Positions 23,956 through 34,233 of a DNA stretch of 64,000 nt are shown piece by piece (the first letter of the stretch is position 1; each line of letters opens with the position of its first letter). Under the pieces are notes generated by a model. The model had not been told where the DNA came from, searched no databases, and saw only the letters and a program-made list of their open reading frames with translations. This DNA comes from Gemmatimonas sp. (GTDB lineage: Bacteria; Gemmatimonadota; Gemmatimonadetes; Gemmatimonadales; Gemmatimonadaceae): the NCBI GenBank assembly GCA_965279375.1, contig OZ257156.1:3808001-3872000 (forward strand). The letters run 5' to 3'. Made by a program: the position numbers and the translations under genes.

Positions 23956-24827
23956 TCGAGGTTCTCCACCTGCTCCCGGATCCGTTCCAGCTCCTCTTTT
24001 ACGCTCACGACCTCATGGAGGATCGCGGCGTCCGCGCCCTTGCTGCCTGTCGTGTTGGCCTCGCGAAGCATCTCCTGGAGGAGGAAGCCGAGCCGCTTGC
24101 CCACCGGTTCTCCGCCCTGAACCGCCAAGGCCGTGCGGAAGGCGCTGATGTGGGAGCGAAAACGATCCATCTCCTCGCTGACGTCCAGCCGGTCGGCCAG
24201 AATTGCGATCTCCTGGGCCAGACGCTGCTCGTCGATCGCCACGCCGTCGGTCAGCGCGCGAACGGAGGTACGCAGCCGCTCTCGCTGGGCGATGATCCGC
24301 TCTGGGGCGCGTTCGGCGATGCGATCGAGCGCCCCCGCGACGATGTCGAGGCGCTGCCGGAGCACATCGGCCAGACGTCCGCCTTCCTCCTCGCGGGTAC
24401 GCCCCAACCCATCGAGCGCGCGATCCACGATCGCCAGCAGCTCCGCGACGGTGCCCACCTCGTCATCCGCGCGGGGCGCGGCGATCACATCCGGCATGCG
24501 CAGCACGGTCGCGACGTCCACGCCGCCGTCGAGCGAGAACTGGGTCTGCAATGCCCGAAGCTGGGCCACGACCCGACCGAAGCGCTCCTCGTCGATCACC
24601 GCGGCAGCGCCGGGCAGGCGTTCGACGCGTGCCGACAGCGTCACGTGGCCACGACTCACCTTGAGGCGCATCGCCTCGCGCACCTCGGTCTCCCAGCGGC
24701 CGAACGCCTCTGGCAACTTGATGCTGGGAGAGAAGAATCGGTGATTGACGGTGCGTACTTCCACCGTCACGCGCACGCTGCCCACCGTTCCATCAGCTTG
24801 GCCGAAGCCCGTCATTGAGCGAATCAT
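23952..24827 (-). CDS. yicC: YicC-family endoribonuclease
   Basis: [29 protein letters not shown]. Confidence 0.93.
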   Translation of the reverse strand: MIRSMTGFGQADGTVGSVRVTVEVRTVNHRFFSPSIKLPEAFGRWETEVREAMRLKVSRGHVTLSARVERLPGAAAVIDEERFGRVVAQLRALQTQFSLDGGVDVATVLRMPDVIAAPRADDEVGTVAELLAIVDRALDGLGRTREEEGGRLADVLRQRLDIVAGALDRIAERAPERIIAQRERLRTSVRALTDGVAIDEQRLAQEIAILADRLDVSEEMDRFRSHISAFRTALAVQGGEPVGKRLGFLLQEMLREANTTGSKGADAAILHEVVSVKEELERIREQVENLE

Positions 24828-24900
24828 CGATTCGGCAATGAAACGTTTCGCAATGAAGGCGTCAATCGAGCGACGGTCGAGAGCGAGCGCGCTGCACGCA

Positions 24901-26949
24901 CTAGTTGAAGAAATCCCATCGCACCCCGTACATCTGAACCGCCGGCGGCATCGTGAGGCCGGGGATCTGTTCGTAGTCGCCGCCAGTGAGGTTGCGATAC
25001 ATGTAGAACAGTGTCGCGCGCTGAATGCGGATCTCGACCAGACCGCTCAAGACGTTCGCGGGCACGGTGACCCGAATGTCCGCCGTTCCGTCCGTCTTGG
25101 CACCGTAGAAAAACGGCACCGAGCCGCGACGATCGTAGATCAGGCGCGCATTGAATCCGAACTCGCCCTTGGGGAAGTGGCTGCGCCAGTCGCTGATCAG
25201 CGCGAGTTCGGTGCGCACGTTGAGCTGCGGTCGCCCGAACTGCGACGTGTTCCAGCGCATCCCCTGTACGTCAAGATGGAGGTCCTTGTACAGCTTCCCC
25301 TTCACGCCACCCGTGAACGCCGTGGCGGGCCCCGACTGCAGCGCGTCACCGTTCGTGCCGAGCAGCTGCGGCGAGAAGTAGCTCACGGAATCCTCGCGTA
25401 CGATGCCGCCGTGCAACAGCAGCTTTCGGAACCGAAGTCCGGCATCGAGACGGGTCGTCATTGAGCGAGACCGTTCCGTGCTCGACGACGGCGATCGGAC
25501 ACTCTGCGCCAGCGAGAGTACCAGCCACTTGAGTGGCTCCATGCGCGCCGTCGCATCAATCCGAGTGGTCGAGTCCACGCCGCGATGTTCCGCATACAAG
25601 CTCGCGCCCAACCTCGGCGACCCGATGGTGCCGCGCAGCGCCGGCGACTGCACCGTCCGACCGTTGATCGCCCGCACTCGATTCACGAACGAGTATTGCC
25701 AGTTGGCGGCTCGATATCCGATCGCGACCATCTGCTGCGACCGCGCCCGCAGCGTGTCGGACGACGCGAGGGCAACCGAGTCGGCGTCCGCGACTACCGA
25801 CGCCGCGCTGGAGTCCTTGATGCCTTCGAGTTTCGTGGCCGCGACGGCCAGCACCGCCTGCGTCCAGAATCCACGCGACGTATCACCATACGCCGCGCGC
25901 AGATACGCATCACGCCGCGAACCCTTGAAGGCAGGGAGATTCGTGAAGTCCTTTCGCGCAGTCTGCGCATCGCGATCGCGCACGTTCGCCGTGGCATAGA
26001 GATCGAACGTGGTCTTGCCGCGTGACCACCCGAGGCGCGTATTGATGGCCTGATTGGTGCCATCGCCTCCGGTGCGCGACGTTCCCGCGGTGGTGAACGC
26101 TGACACGCGTCCCGTCTGCGTGGCCGCTTGCTGTGCGCCAAACTGTACGATGAAACCGTTGCTGTATCGACGTGCAAACAGGCCGCGAAAGCCGTTCGTG
26201 TTGCGATCACCGGTGAAGATGTCGACGCGCGTGAACGGAATGGTCTTCGTGTAGCTCGCGCTCCGCATCCAGACGCGCACTTCGCCCGCTGCGCGCTCGA
26301 TGCGGATCTCGTCGAGCGACCAGAGAGGCAAATCATTCAGGTCAAGGATGCCGCCGTTGCGCCCTTCGACCGCGTCCATCTCGACACCGTCGATGAAGAA
26401 GCGAATGCGCGAGAAATCGCCGTGGAACGACGCGGCATGAATGCCCGCCATCCACCCCGTGCGGAATGACGTGACGCCGGGCACGCGATCCAGCAGATCG
26501 GCGATGTTGATCGCCCCCGATGACAAGATTTGCTTCTTGTCGAACGTCCAGCGATCGTCGAGATCGAGATCCGGAGGCGGTTCAAAGCGCGCGATCGGCG
26601 CGCGCACCGTGTCGCCAGCGCGGAACTTGGCGATGCTGTCGCTGCGATCGCGGATGCGCTTCTGCATCAACGAATCTTCGGGGCTACCGGGCTTGGGGAG
26701 CGCGGGGGCACCGGTGACGACGGGCACACCGAGCTTTGCGGCGCCTGCGCTGTCCGGCTTGGCGGGAACAGGCCGCACCGGCAGCGTGTCCCGCTTGGTC
26801 GAATCCGGACGAACCTGCGCGCGCGCCACATCGGCGTCGCTGAACAGTGCGACCAAAGCGATGACCACCGCCGACAGCCACGCGCTGCAGCTCGACAGTC
26901 GCCGGCTCGGCCGCTTTCGCGCGGCGCTATCCATCAACGACCAACTCAC
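24901..26949 (-). CDS. Outer-membrane protein with TonB-dependent-receptor plug-like domain and beta-barrel
   Basis: Signal peptide; I.DLLDRVPGV, FFIDGV, LDEIRIER; C-terminal YGVRWDFFN. Confidence 0.7.
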   Translation of the reverse strand: MSWSLMDSAARKRPSRRLSSCSAWLSAVVIALVALFSDADVARAQVRPDSTKRDTLPVRPVPAKPDSAGAAKLGVPVVTGAPALPKPGSPEDSLMQKRIRDRSDSIAKFRAGDTVRAPIARFEPPPDLDLDDRWTFDKKQILSSGAINIADLLDRVPGVTSFRTGWMAGIHAASFHGDFSRIRFFIDGVEMDAVEGRNGGILDLNDLPLWSLDEIRIERAAGEVRVWMRSASYTKTIPFTRVDIFTGDRNTNGFRGLFARRYSNGFIVQFGAQQAATQTGRVSAFTTAGTSRTGGDGTNQAINTRLGWSRGKTTFDLYATANVRDRDAQTARKDFTNLPAFKGSRRDAYLRAAYGDTSRGFWTQAVLAVAATKLEGIKDSSAASVVADADSVALASSDTLRARSQQMVAIGYRAANWQYSFVNRVRAINGRTVQSPALRGTIGSPRLGASLYAEHRGVDSTTRIDATARMEPLKWLVLSLAQSVRSPSSSTERSRSMTTRLDAGLRFRKLLLHGGIVREDSVSYFSPQLLGTNGDALQSGPATAFTGGVKGKLYKDLHLDVQGMRWNTSQFGRPQLNVRTELALISDWRSHFPKGEFGFNARLIYDRRGSVPFFYGAKTDGTADIRVTVPANVLSGLVEIRIQRATLFYMYRNLTGGDYEQIPGLTMPPAVQMYGVRWDFFN

Positions 26950-26979
26950 GCCACCACCGCGACGCTCAATGGCTCTGGC

Positions 26980-28458
26980 TCAACGGGCGCGGGCGCGGAC
27001 GAACTCCACGAAAGTGCCGACCGGGGTGCCCGTGGGGCCCTTGGGAATCCATCCGAGATCGGTCTGCGAGTACGCGGTGCCGGCAACGTCGAGATGCACC
27101 CACGGGTAGCCGTCCACGAACTCCTTGAGAAACAGCGCAGCGGTGATGGAGCCAGCGGCGCGACCGCCCGTGTTCTTGAGGTCGGCCACGTCGGACTTGA
27201 TCTGCTCCTTGTACTCATCCCAGAGCGGCATCGGCCAGCCCGGCTCACCCGCGAGCTGACCGGCGGCCAGCACTTCGTCCACGACGGCCTTTTCGGCGCC
27301 GAAGACACCCACCGCGTTGGCACCAAGGCCAATCACGATCGCGCCGGTCAGCGTCGCTGCGTCGATCGCAACGGCCGGATTGAAACGCTTGGCGAACACC
27401 AACAAATCGGCCAGCACCAGGCGCCCTTCGGCGTCGGTGTTGATCACCTCGATGGTCTTGCCGTTTGATGCACGCACGACGTCGCCCGGCTTGACCGCCG
27501 TGCCAGACGGCATGTTGGTCGTGGAGCCGACGATGCCGACGACGTTGATGGGCAGCTTGAGACGACCGATCGCCTCCATCGCGCCCATCACGCCGCCCGC
27601 GCCGCTCATGTCGTATTTCATCCACTCCATTTCCGGCGCCGGCTTGATGGAGATACCGCCGGTGTCGAAGCAGAGTCCCTTGCCGATCAACACCACAGGT
27701 GCCTCGCCCGGTGCGCCACCGCGATACTCGAGCGCGACCAAACGCGGCTCTTCCGGCGTCCCCTGCGCCACGGACAGGAACGAGCCCATCCCTTCCTTCG
27801 CCATCTCCGCGCGCCCGAGCACGGTCAGTTCCATGCTGTGCCGCTCGGCGATTTCGCGGCCGACTTCCACGAAGGTCTCAGGCGTGCAGTAGTTGCCCGG
27901 CATCATGCCCAGACGCTTGGCGATGGCTTGACCTTCAGCCACCGCGGCGCCGGCGGCGAAAGCCGCCCGTGCCGCATCGGTATCTGCAATGAGAATCGTG
28001 GCGTCGGCCAGCGGCGTGCGACGCTCGGCCGCGGCGGCCGGCGTGCGCAGATCGGGATACTCCCAACTGCCAGCAGCGGCACCCAGCGCCAAACCTTCCG
28101 TGGCTTCCGCGTCGGCGTCGGGGAGCATGACGTGCATCGCGCCCGTGCCGAGTTTGACTGCCTGACGCGCCGCGATTGCCGCCGCCCGACGTGCCGTGGT
28201 ACGCGTGAGTGGCGCGCTGCCGCGACCGACCAGTAGCACGCGCTGTGCACCAGCGTCGCCGCCGACGAGCAACAGCGTCTCGTCGCGATTACCGCGGAAG
28301 TCGCGACGAGCGAGCGTCCGGGACAAGGCCCCGCCCAACTGCGTGTCCACCGCGCCCAGCACCGCAGGCACCGTCGGGTTCTGCGCGAGAATCACGACGA
28401 GGAGCGGCGTCGTCACACTCGAAGGAGACTCATGCGAGGCGTGAAGCGAAATGGACAT
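26980..28458 (-). CDS. pepA: Leucyl aminopeptidase (M17)
   Basis: GKGLCFDTGG, MKYDMSG, NTDAEGRL. Confidence 0.95.
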   Translation of the reverse strand: MSISLHASHESPSSVTTPLLVVILAQNPTVPAVLGAVDTQLGGALSRTLARRDFRGNRDETLLLVGGDAGAQRVLLVGRGSAPLTRTTARRAAAIAARQAVKLGTGAMHVMLPDADAEATEGLALGAAAGSWEYPDLRTPAAAAERRTPLADATILIADTDAARAAFAAGAAVAEGQAIAKRLGMMPGNYCTPETFVEVGREIAERHSMELTVLGRAEMAKEGMGSFLSVAQGTPEEPRLVALEYRGGAPGEAPVVLIGKGLCFDTGGISIKPAPEMEWMKYDMSGAGGVMGAMEAIGRLKLPINVVGIVGSTTNMPSGTAVKPGDVVRASNGKTIEVINTDAEGRLVLADLLVFAKRFNPAVAIDAATLTGAIVIGLGANAVGVFGAEKAVVDEVLAAGQLAGEPGWPMPLWDEYKEQIKSDVADLKNTGGRAAGSITAALFLKEFVDGYPWVHLDVAGTAYSQTDLGWIPKGPTGTPVGTFVEFVRARAR

Positions 28459-28655
28459 GCGACCTGTGCGTGGAGTGCGAAAGGTGTGCGGACCGTGAGT
28501 GGGCGCGGCGCGTGCGTCCGAGCGCTGGGTCTGTCCTGCAGACCCGCACGCGACGTGACGGTTCCACTCGTCGCAGCCCCTGTCGAAGCTAGGGGGGGAG
28601 CCTCTGCGGCGGCAAGCGAATCACGAGGCAGAACCGAATCGCTGCTGAAACGACA

Positions 28656-28688
28656 CAACGCCCGGCCGCGACTGCGGACCGGGCGTTG
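28656..28688 (-). terminator. Hairpin immediately 3' of tRNA-Asn
   Basis: CAACGCCCGG/CCGGGCGTTG stem with inner CCGC/GCGG; followed by TGTCGTTT. Confidence 0.6.
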
Positions 28689-28693
28689 CGGTA

Positions 28694-28765
<72 letters not shown>

Positions 28766-28867
28766 TCATGCCCGACAGCAGGCACGGAGAAAACATATCC
28801 GCCGATCGCTCCGCACAACAGCGGGAAGAAGAATTCTTCGAGAATCTCCGACCCTGGCCGCGGATGC

Positions 28868-30442
28868 TCAGAACTGATGCGCCGACGCAGCCTGCCAGGC
28901 ACGCGCCATCGATCCCGAGACCGACTCGGCCAGCAAGGCACCCGGCTCGAGCTGGGGATAGATGTCCGCGTAGCTCTTGATCTCCATGGCGCTCACTCGC
29001 TTGAGGATGAACCAAGGCTTGAGCGCACCCGGGTGCGGGAGCCCCGCCGCGCCAATCACCTCGAGGAAGCTCTTCACCGTCTCGGCGTGGTATCGCGCCA
29101 CGCGGTCGGCCTTGTCCCCTACGTGCAGTCCGTTCACCAAGGCAGGATTCTGCGTCGCCACGCCCGTCGGACAGGCGTTCGTGTTGCAGCGCAGCGCCTG
29201 AATGCACCCCAGCGCGAACATCATCGCGCGGGCCGCGTTACACATGTCCGCACCCAACGCGACTTTGGTAGCCATCTGAAAGCCCGTGTTCACCTTGCCG
29301 GAGGCAATGATGCGAATACGGTCACGCAGGTTCGCACCAACGAGGGCGTTGTGCACGAACGACAGCCCTTCGTTCAGCGGCGTACCAACTGAATCGGAGA
29401 ATTCGAGTGGCGCGGCACCAGTTCCACCCTCGCCGCCATCCACGGTGATGAAGTCGGGTGTGATGCCCGTCAGCAGCATCGCCTTCACGATGCCGAGAAA
29501 CTCGTGCCGCTTGCCAATGCACAGCTTGAATCCCACAGGCTTGCCGGCGCTCGCCACACGCAGCTGCTGCACGAACTCGAGTAGTCCGATCGGCGTCGAG
29601 AACGCGGTGTGCGCCGGTGGGGAGATGACGTCCTTGCCCGGCTCCACGCCGCGAATCTCGACGATCTCCGGCGTGAGCTTTTGCGCCGGAAGAATGCCAC
29701 CGTGCCCAGGCTTGGCTCCCTGCGACAGCTTGATTTCGATCATCTTCACATTCGGCAGCGCGGCGCGCTTGGTGAACTCCTCCAGGCTGAAGCGGCCATC
29801 GCGCGTGCGACAGCTGAAATAGCCGGTGCCGATCTGCCAGATCACGTCGCCGCCCGGCGAGAGGTGATACGGACTCAGCCCCCCTTCGCCAGTGTTGTGC
29901 GCAAAGCCGCCGATGCGCGCGCCGCCATTGAGCGCGAGGATCGCGTTTTTGCTGAGCGAGCCATAGCTCATGGCCGACACGTTTAGCAGCGAGGCGGAAT
30001 ATGGCTGCGTGCAATCCGGACCTCCGACAAGCACGCGCGAGTCCGCGGCCGCCACGTGCGTAGGCGCGAGAGAGTGATTGATCCACTCATAGCCCGTCGC
30101 GTAGACATCGCGCTGCGTGCCGAAGGGTAGCGTATCGACTTCCCCCTTCGCGCGCTGATACACGATCGAGCGATCGTTCCGGCTGAACGGCTTGCCGTCG
30201 CTATTCGACTCGATGAAATACTGATTGATCTCCGGTCGAATCAACTCGAGGATGTACCGCATGTGCCCGAGGACCGGATAGTTGCGGCGAATGGCCTGCT
30301 TGGTCTGCACAACGTCCGCGATCCCGCGCAAAATCAGCGGAACGATGACGACCAGCGACCACACGGCAGGCGGCCAGACGCGCTGTACGAGAGCGACGGT
30401 GGCCAGCAGGGCGACTGAAACAGCCCAAAAGAGGTTGCGCAT
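28868..30442 (-). CDS. FMN-binding glutamate synthase family protein with N-terminal membrane anchor
   Basis: SAMSYGSLS, NTGEGG, EIKLSQGAKPG.GG, GCIQALRC...CPTGVATQ. Confidence 0.9.
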   Translation of the reverse strand: MRNLFWAVSVALLATVALVQRVWPPAVWSLVVIVPLILRGIADVVQTKQAIRRNYPVLGHMRYILELIRPEINQYFIESNSDGKPFSRNDRSIVYQRAKGEVDTLPFGTQRDVYATGYEWINHSLAPTHVAAADSRVLVGGPDCTQPYSASLLNVSAMSYGSLSKNAILALNGGARIGGFAHNTGEGGLSPYHLSPGGDVIWQIGTGYFSCRTRDGRFSLEEFTKRAALPNVKMIEIKLSQGAKPGHGGILPAQKLTPEIVEIRGVEPGKDVISPPAHTAFSTPIGLLEFVQQLRVASAGKPVGFKLCIGKRHEFLGIVKAMLLTGITPDFITVDGGEGGTGAAPLEFSDSVGTPLNEGLSFVHNALVGANLRDRIRIIASGKVNTGFQMATKVALGADMCNAARAMMFALGCIQALRCNTNACPTGVATQNPALVNGLHVGDKADRVARYHAETVKSFLEVIGAAGLPHPGALKPWFILKRVSAMEIKSYADIYPQLEPGALLAESVSGSMARAWQAASAHQF

Positions 30443-30616
30443 GGCCAATTGACGCTGCTCAAGCCAGCAACGTCACGGAAGTTGCCGCCCGGGTGACGGT
30501 GCCCCGTCGGCACACCGACGGTTTCGACGCTGGCGGCGTGATGGTTCGCTTGGCAGCTTTGGCGGCCGCTCGGCGTGTCGCAGCGGCCGACTGTCGCCCC
30601 CTCGCCACTGGCCTCC

Positions 30617-32596
30617 ATGCCTCGTCTCTACGCGCTCTTCGTGGGCATCAACGAGTATCAAAGCCCCGACGTCCCTGATCTGCGCGGCGCCGTAGCCGAT
30701 GTCCTTGCGTTGGCGGCCGTCTTCGAGAAGCGCACCGCGCCATCTGCCTTCAAGCCGCTCGTCCTGCTGGATGGGGAGGCGACGCGGGACGCCATCATCG
30801 ACAACGGTTTTCGCAAACATCTGGGTCAGGCTGGGTCGGACGACGTTGCGCTCTTTTACTATTGCGGTCACGGCTCGCAGGAACGCTGCCCCGAAGTCTG
30901 GCACGACATCGAACCGAAGAAGCTGAACGAGACGATTCTTTCCTGCGACGCGCGCACGCAGCGTGATCACGCCGGACAGTCCGCGCGGATCTACGACATC
31001 GCGGACAAGGAGCTCAGCATGCTCATTCACGAGATCGCCGAACGGGGCGCAGAAGTGGTGATCATCACCGACTCGTGCAACTCCGGCGGCAACACGCGTG
31101 AAGTCGCGTTGGATGGCGAGCAGCGCATCCGCGCGCGGCACACGGCGGAAGAGAAGCGCCCACCACGGCAGGTCTCGCAGTATCTGCCCGCCGTGCAGGA
31201 ACGATTCACGTCGGAACGATTGCAGGCCGAAGGCGCGCCCACCCCGCGACATGTCGCGCTCGCGGCGTGCCAGAGCTCCGAGAAAGCGATCGAGATCTCG
31301 GGTGCCACGGGAGCGCGAGGCATCTTCTCGCACACGCTCGAGGATGCGCTCGACAAGCTGGGGCCGAGTGCCACGTACATCGATCTCGTGAACGCCGTGC
31401 GGCTGCGCGTCAAAGATCGACTGATGCCGGAGTCGCTCGTCCAGGTGCCCGATCTGTACGTATCTGGCGGGGCCTCGGTCGCGCAGCTCTTCCTCGCGGG
31501 ACAAATCGGCCGCGTCGACATCAAGGTGCGAGCGAATAGCGCAGGTGAGTGGTGGATGACCTACGGCGCGATCGACGGCCTGCCGGATGTCGTCTCTGGT
31601 GGCGAAACATCCGTCGCGATCTATCCCGTCGGCGCGTTCGACAACGGTGGTGCCGTCGAGCCACTCGCCACCGGTGTAGTCGTCGCGGTGCAACACGACG
31701 CGGCGCAACTATCCATCGACTCGAGTGCCAAACCACTCGATCTTCAGAATGAGTACATCGTCCGCATCACGCGGTTGGGTTCCCCCGCGCTCGACGTGAT
31801 CGTCGATGTTCCTGCCAACGCCGACGCATCCGTGCTCGCCACCGCGCAAGACATTCGAAAGCGCCTATCGTCTGAGCATCCCATGATCGCCTTGACGGAC
31901 AAGCCCACGCGGGCTGCCGTCATTCGCGCCAAGGTATCGGGGGACGAGGTTCATCTGTGTGACGCGAGTGGCGCACCCTTCCCTGGTCTGACGTACGCGC
32001 CCAACGCCGTCGGGCTCAATCAGCTCGGCAAGGACGTCGACCATCTCGCTCGCTGGCACCGCACACGCGACCTGAGGCCCAAGGGTTCTGCGCTCAATGA
32101 CTTGGCGAGGATCGACATCCTTCCCGTTGGAGAGAAGGTCGCCGGCGTCGAGCCGGTATTCTCGCCGGATACGCCCCCATTCCCCGTTGCGGACGGCACG
32201 GTGACGCTTCGCTACACCGCGGCCAGCGGCGCACGAGTCAAAGTGCGGGTCACCAACACGCACGCGGCGCCGTTGTACATCGCCGTGGTGCAACTGCAGG
32301 ACGACCTCAGCGCATCCCTCTCGTACTACGGGTCGGTGCCCGCCATGTCGTCCGCCTACTTCGACGGTGGCAAGGCGTGGCGCTTCAAGGTGCCCGAGTG
32401 GAAGGGCGACGGCGATTCGAGCCTCAGCATCTTCAAATCCATTGTCGCAACCAACCCGTTCAATCCGGAGCGTTGGTCCCTGCCTCCGCTAATAGGTGCA
32501 TCGGGTACAAGCTCGCGAGGCGGCGGCGCTGATGTCGACGACGAAGTCGTCGCCCTTTGGGGCACTTCCTCCATGCGTGTGAAGACGGTGCGGTAG
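30617..32596 (+). CDS. Caspase-family (C14, meta/orthocaspase) protease with large C-terminal region
   Basis: LYALFVGINEY, FYYCGHGSQ (His), IITDSCNSG (Cys), LAAC...E.A.E, GIFSHTL. Confidence 0.88.
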   Translation: MPRLYALFVGINEYQSPDVPDLRGAVADVLALAAVFEKRTAPSAFKPLVLLDGEATRDAIIDNGFRKHLGQAGSDDVALFYYCGHGSQERCPEVWHDIEPKKLNETILSCDARTQRDHAGQSARIYDIADKELSMLIHEIAERGAEVVIITDSCNSGGNTREVALDGEQRIRARHTAEEKRPPRQVSQYLPAVQERFTSERLQAEGAPTPRHVALAACQSSEKAIEISGATGARGIFSHTLEDALDKLGPSATYIDLVNAVRLRVKDRLMPESLVQVPDLYVSGGASVAQLFLAGQIGRVDIKVRANSAGEWWMTYGAIDGLPDVVSGGETSVAIYPVGAFDNGGAVEPLATGVVVAVQHDAAQLSIDSSAKPLDLQNEYIVRITRLGSPALDVIVDVPANADASVLATAQDIRKRLSSEHPMIALTDKPTRAAVIRAKVSGDEVHLCDASGAPFPGLTYAPNAVGLNQLGKDVDHLARWHRTRDLRPKGSALNDLARIDILPVGEKVAGVEPVFSPDTPPFPVADGTVTLRYTAASGARVKVRVTNTHAAPLYIAVVQLQDDLSASLSYYGSVPAMSSAYFDGGKAWRFKVPEWKGDGDSSLSIFKSIVATNPFNPERWSLPPLIGASGTSSRGGGADVDDEVVALWGTSSMRVKTVR

Positions 32597-32681
32597 CGCC
32601 GCGATCCGTGCGGCGTGCTGAAACGCAACAGCGCCCTGAGCATGAGCCCAGAGCGCTGTCACGCATCGTGTGGTCCAACCA

Positions 32682-32765
32682 TGCCCAGGACGAGGGTCGA
32701 ACTCGTAAGACCTTGCGGTCGGGGGATTTTGAGTCCCCTGCGTCTGCCAGTTCCGCCACCCGGGC
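32682..32765 (-). tRNA. tRNA-Leu(CAA), CCA not encoded
   Basis: GCCCGGG/CCTGGGC acceptor stem, GGGGA-CTCAAAA-TCCCC anticodon arm, long variable arm, GAGTTCGACCCTC. Confidence 0.96.
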
Positions 32766-32884
32766 CACTCACGCGTACGACAATGCCGAACGCGTCAGCC
32801 AAGTGTAAACGCGACCAACGCCGGCCGCCACCGCCAGCCCTGCACCAATCCGCCGGGGGTGCCGCCGAGCATTCGCAGACGCCG

Positions 32885-33493
32885 CTACGGGAACAGCGGT
32901 GGGCGGCCGAGGCGCAACGCGCGTCTCGGCGCGACGACGCCGCTATCCGGCGTACCATCGCCCCCCATGCGTCGGCGCTGCATGTCCTGCATGCTTCGAC
33001 GCAGCTCGTCCTGTAATGCGAAATACCGCGCACGCTGCGACGGCGACAGGAACTTGGAAAGCTCGCGCTGCTCCTGCTCCATCAGGTCCAGACGGCGTCG
33101 CTCGAATTTGGGAATCTTGTCCAGCATCTCGGCGACACGATTCTCGTTCACGCGGTCCCCGGCCAACAGCTCCTGACGCAGCGCGAACCGCGTGGTCTGT
33201 TCGTCGTTTCGGAGCGTGCGCCGATCCTCTTCCATTCGCGCGGACACGTCCCGAAGCCTGACGAACTGATCGTCGCTGAGCGCCAGTCGCTTCCGGATGA
33301 CTTCGTTGATGCGCTCCTGCAGCCGACGCTCCACCGCGGCGCGCGCTGGACCAGGCGCCCGACGCGTCGGCGGCTGCTGATTCGTCGCGCCGACCGCCGC
33401 GGGCGGGCCACTCTGCGCTATAACGCGCGCTGCCGGCGTCGCCGCCAACACCAGCGCGCCGATAGCCACGGCTCTCTTCCAGCGCACGATCAC
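32885..33493 (-). CDS. Periplasmic Spy/CpxP-like helical protein
   Basis: Signal peptide; LALSDDQ and LSPSQ (LTxxQ-like) motifs; coupled to the anti-sigma gene. Confidence 0.7.
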   Translation of the reverse strand: MIVRWKRAVAIGALVLAATPAARVIAQSGPPAAVGATNQQPPTRRAPGPARAAVERRLQERINEVIRKRLALSDDQFVRLRDVSARMEEDRRTLRNDEQTTRFALRQELLAGDRVNENRVAEMLDKIPKFERRRLDLMEQEQRELSKFLSPSQRARYFALQDELRRSMQDMQRRRMGGDGTPDSGVVAPRRALRLGRPPLFP

Positions 33494-34233
33494 TTGAGTA
33501 CTCCTCCGCTCGTCACGGTCACGATCGGGAGCGTGGGCATGACCTCAGACGACGACGCCCCGTCCCACTTGTCGAGCCGTTCCAGCATGCGCTCCAGCTC
33601 CGCGTCGGTGTAGTCGCTCAGATCGCCGACCGAGACCACGCCAACCGGCGCGGCGGTCTTCACAGTCGGCGACGCAGCTGCGACGACCGGAGCCGAATCC
33701 GCGCGTGGCGACAGCGTGTCAGTGAGGGTCGTCGCTTCGTTCGTCGGTTCGTTCGTCGCCGCGATGGGCGTCGACATCGTACGCACGGTCGCGTCGAGGC
33801 CCGAGCTTCCGCTGCGTGCGCTATACACAGACCAGCTGCCGACGGCCGCGACGGTCAGGGCGGCCGCGATCTGCCACAACCCACGACGCATCGGCGAGCG
33901 GCGCCGCACGCTTGGAGCCGATGCGATGTCGCGTACGCCGGTGCGCACGCCTTCACGTGCCGCATCACCCGGATCGGCAACCTTCGTGAGTGAAACGGGC
34001 GCACTCGCTGCGACCACTCGGTTCCGTTCGATCGTGGCGACGATGGCGCTGACGTCGAGGTGCACCGGCTGCGGCCGCACCGCGCGCGCCAGCGTGAGTA
34101 ACGCCACCTCGTCTCGGCAGGGCGCGCACTCTGCGATATGCGTCGTGACGCGCACCTTCTCGACGCCGGTGAGCGACTCCGCGACATAGTCGGGGAGTAG
34201 ATCACGAATTTCAGCGTTCATGCACTCAGTCAT
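33490..34233 (-). CDS. Zinc-finger (HxxxCxxC) transmembrane anti-sigma factor
   Basis: C..IRDLLPDY...HIAECAPC; one TM segment. Confidence 0.85.
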   Translation of the reverse strand: MTECMNAEIRDLLPDYVAESLTGVEKVRVTTHIAECAPCRDEVALLTLARAVRPQPVHLDVSAIVATIERNRVVAASAPVSLTKVADPGDAAREGVRTGVRDIASAPSVRRRSPMRRGLWQIAAALTVAAVGSWSVYSARSGSSGLDATVRTMSTPIAATNEPTNEATTLTDTLSPRADSAPVVAAASPTVKTAAPVGVVSVGDLSDYTDAELERMLERLDKWDGASSSEVMPTLPIVTVTSGGVLK

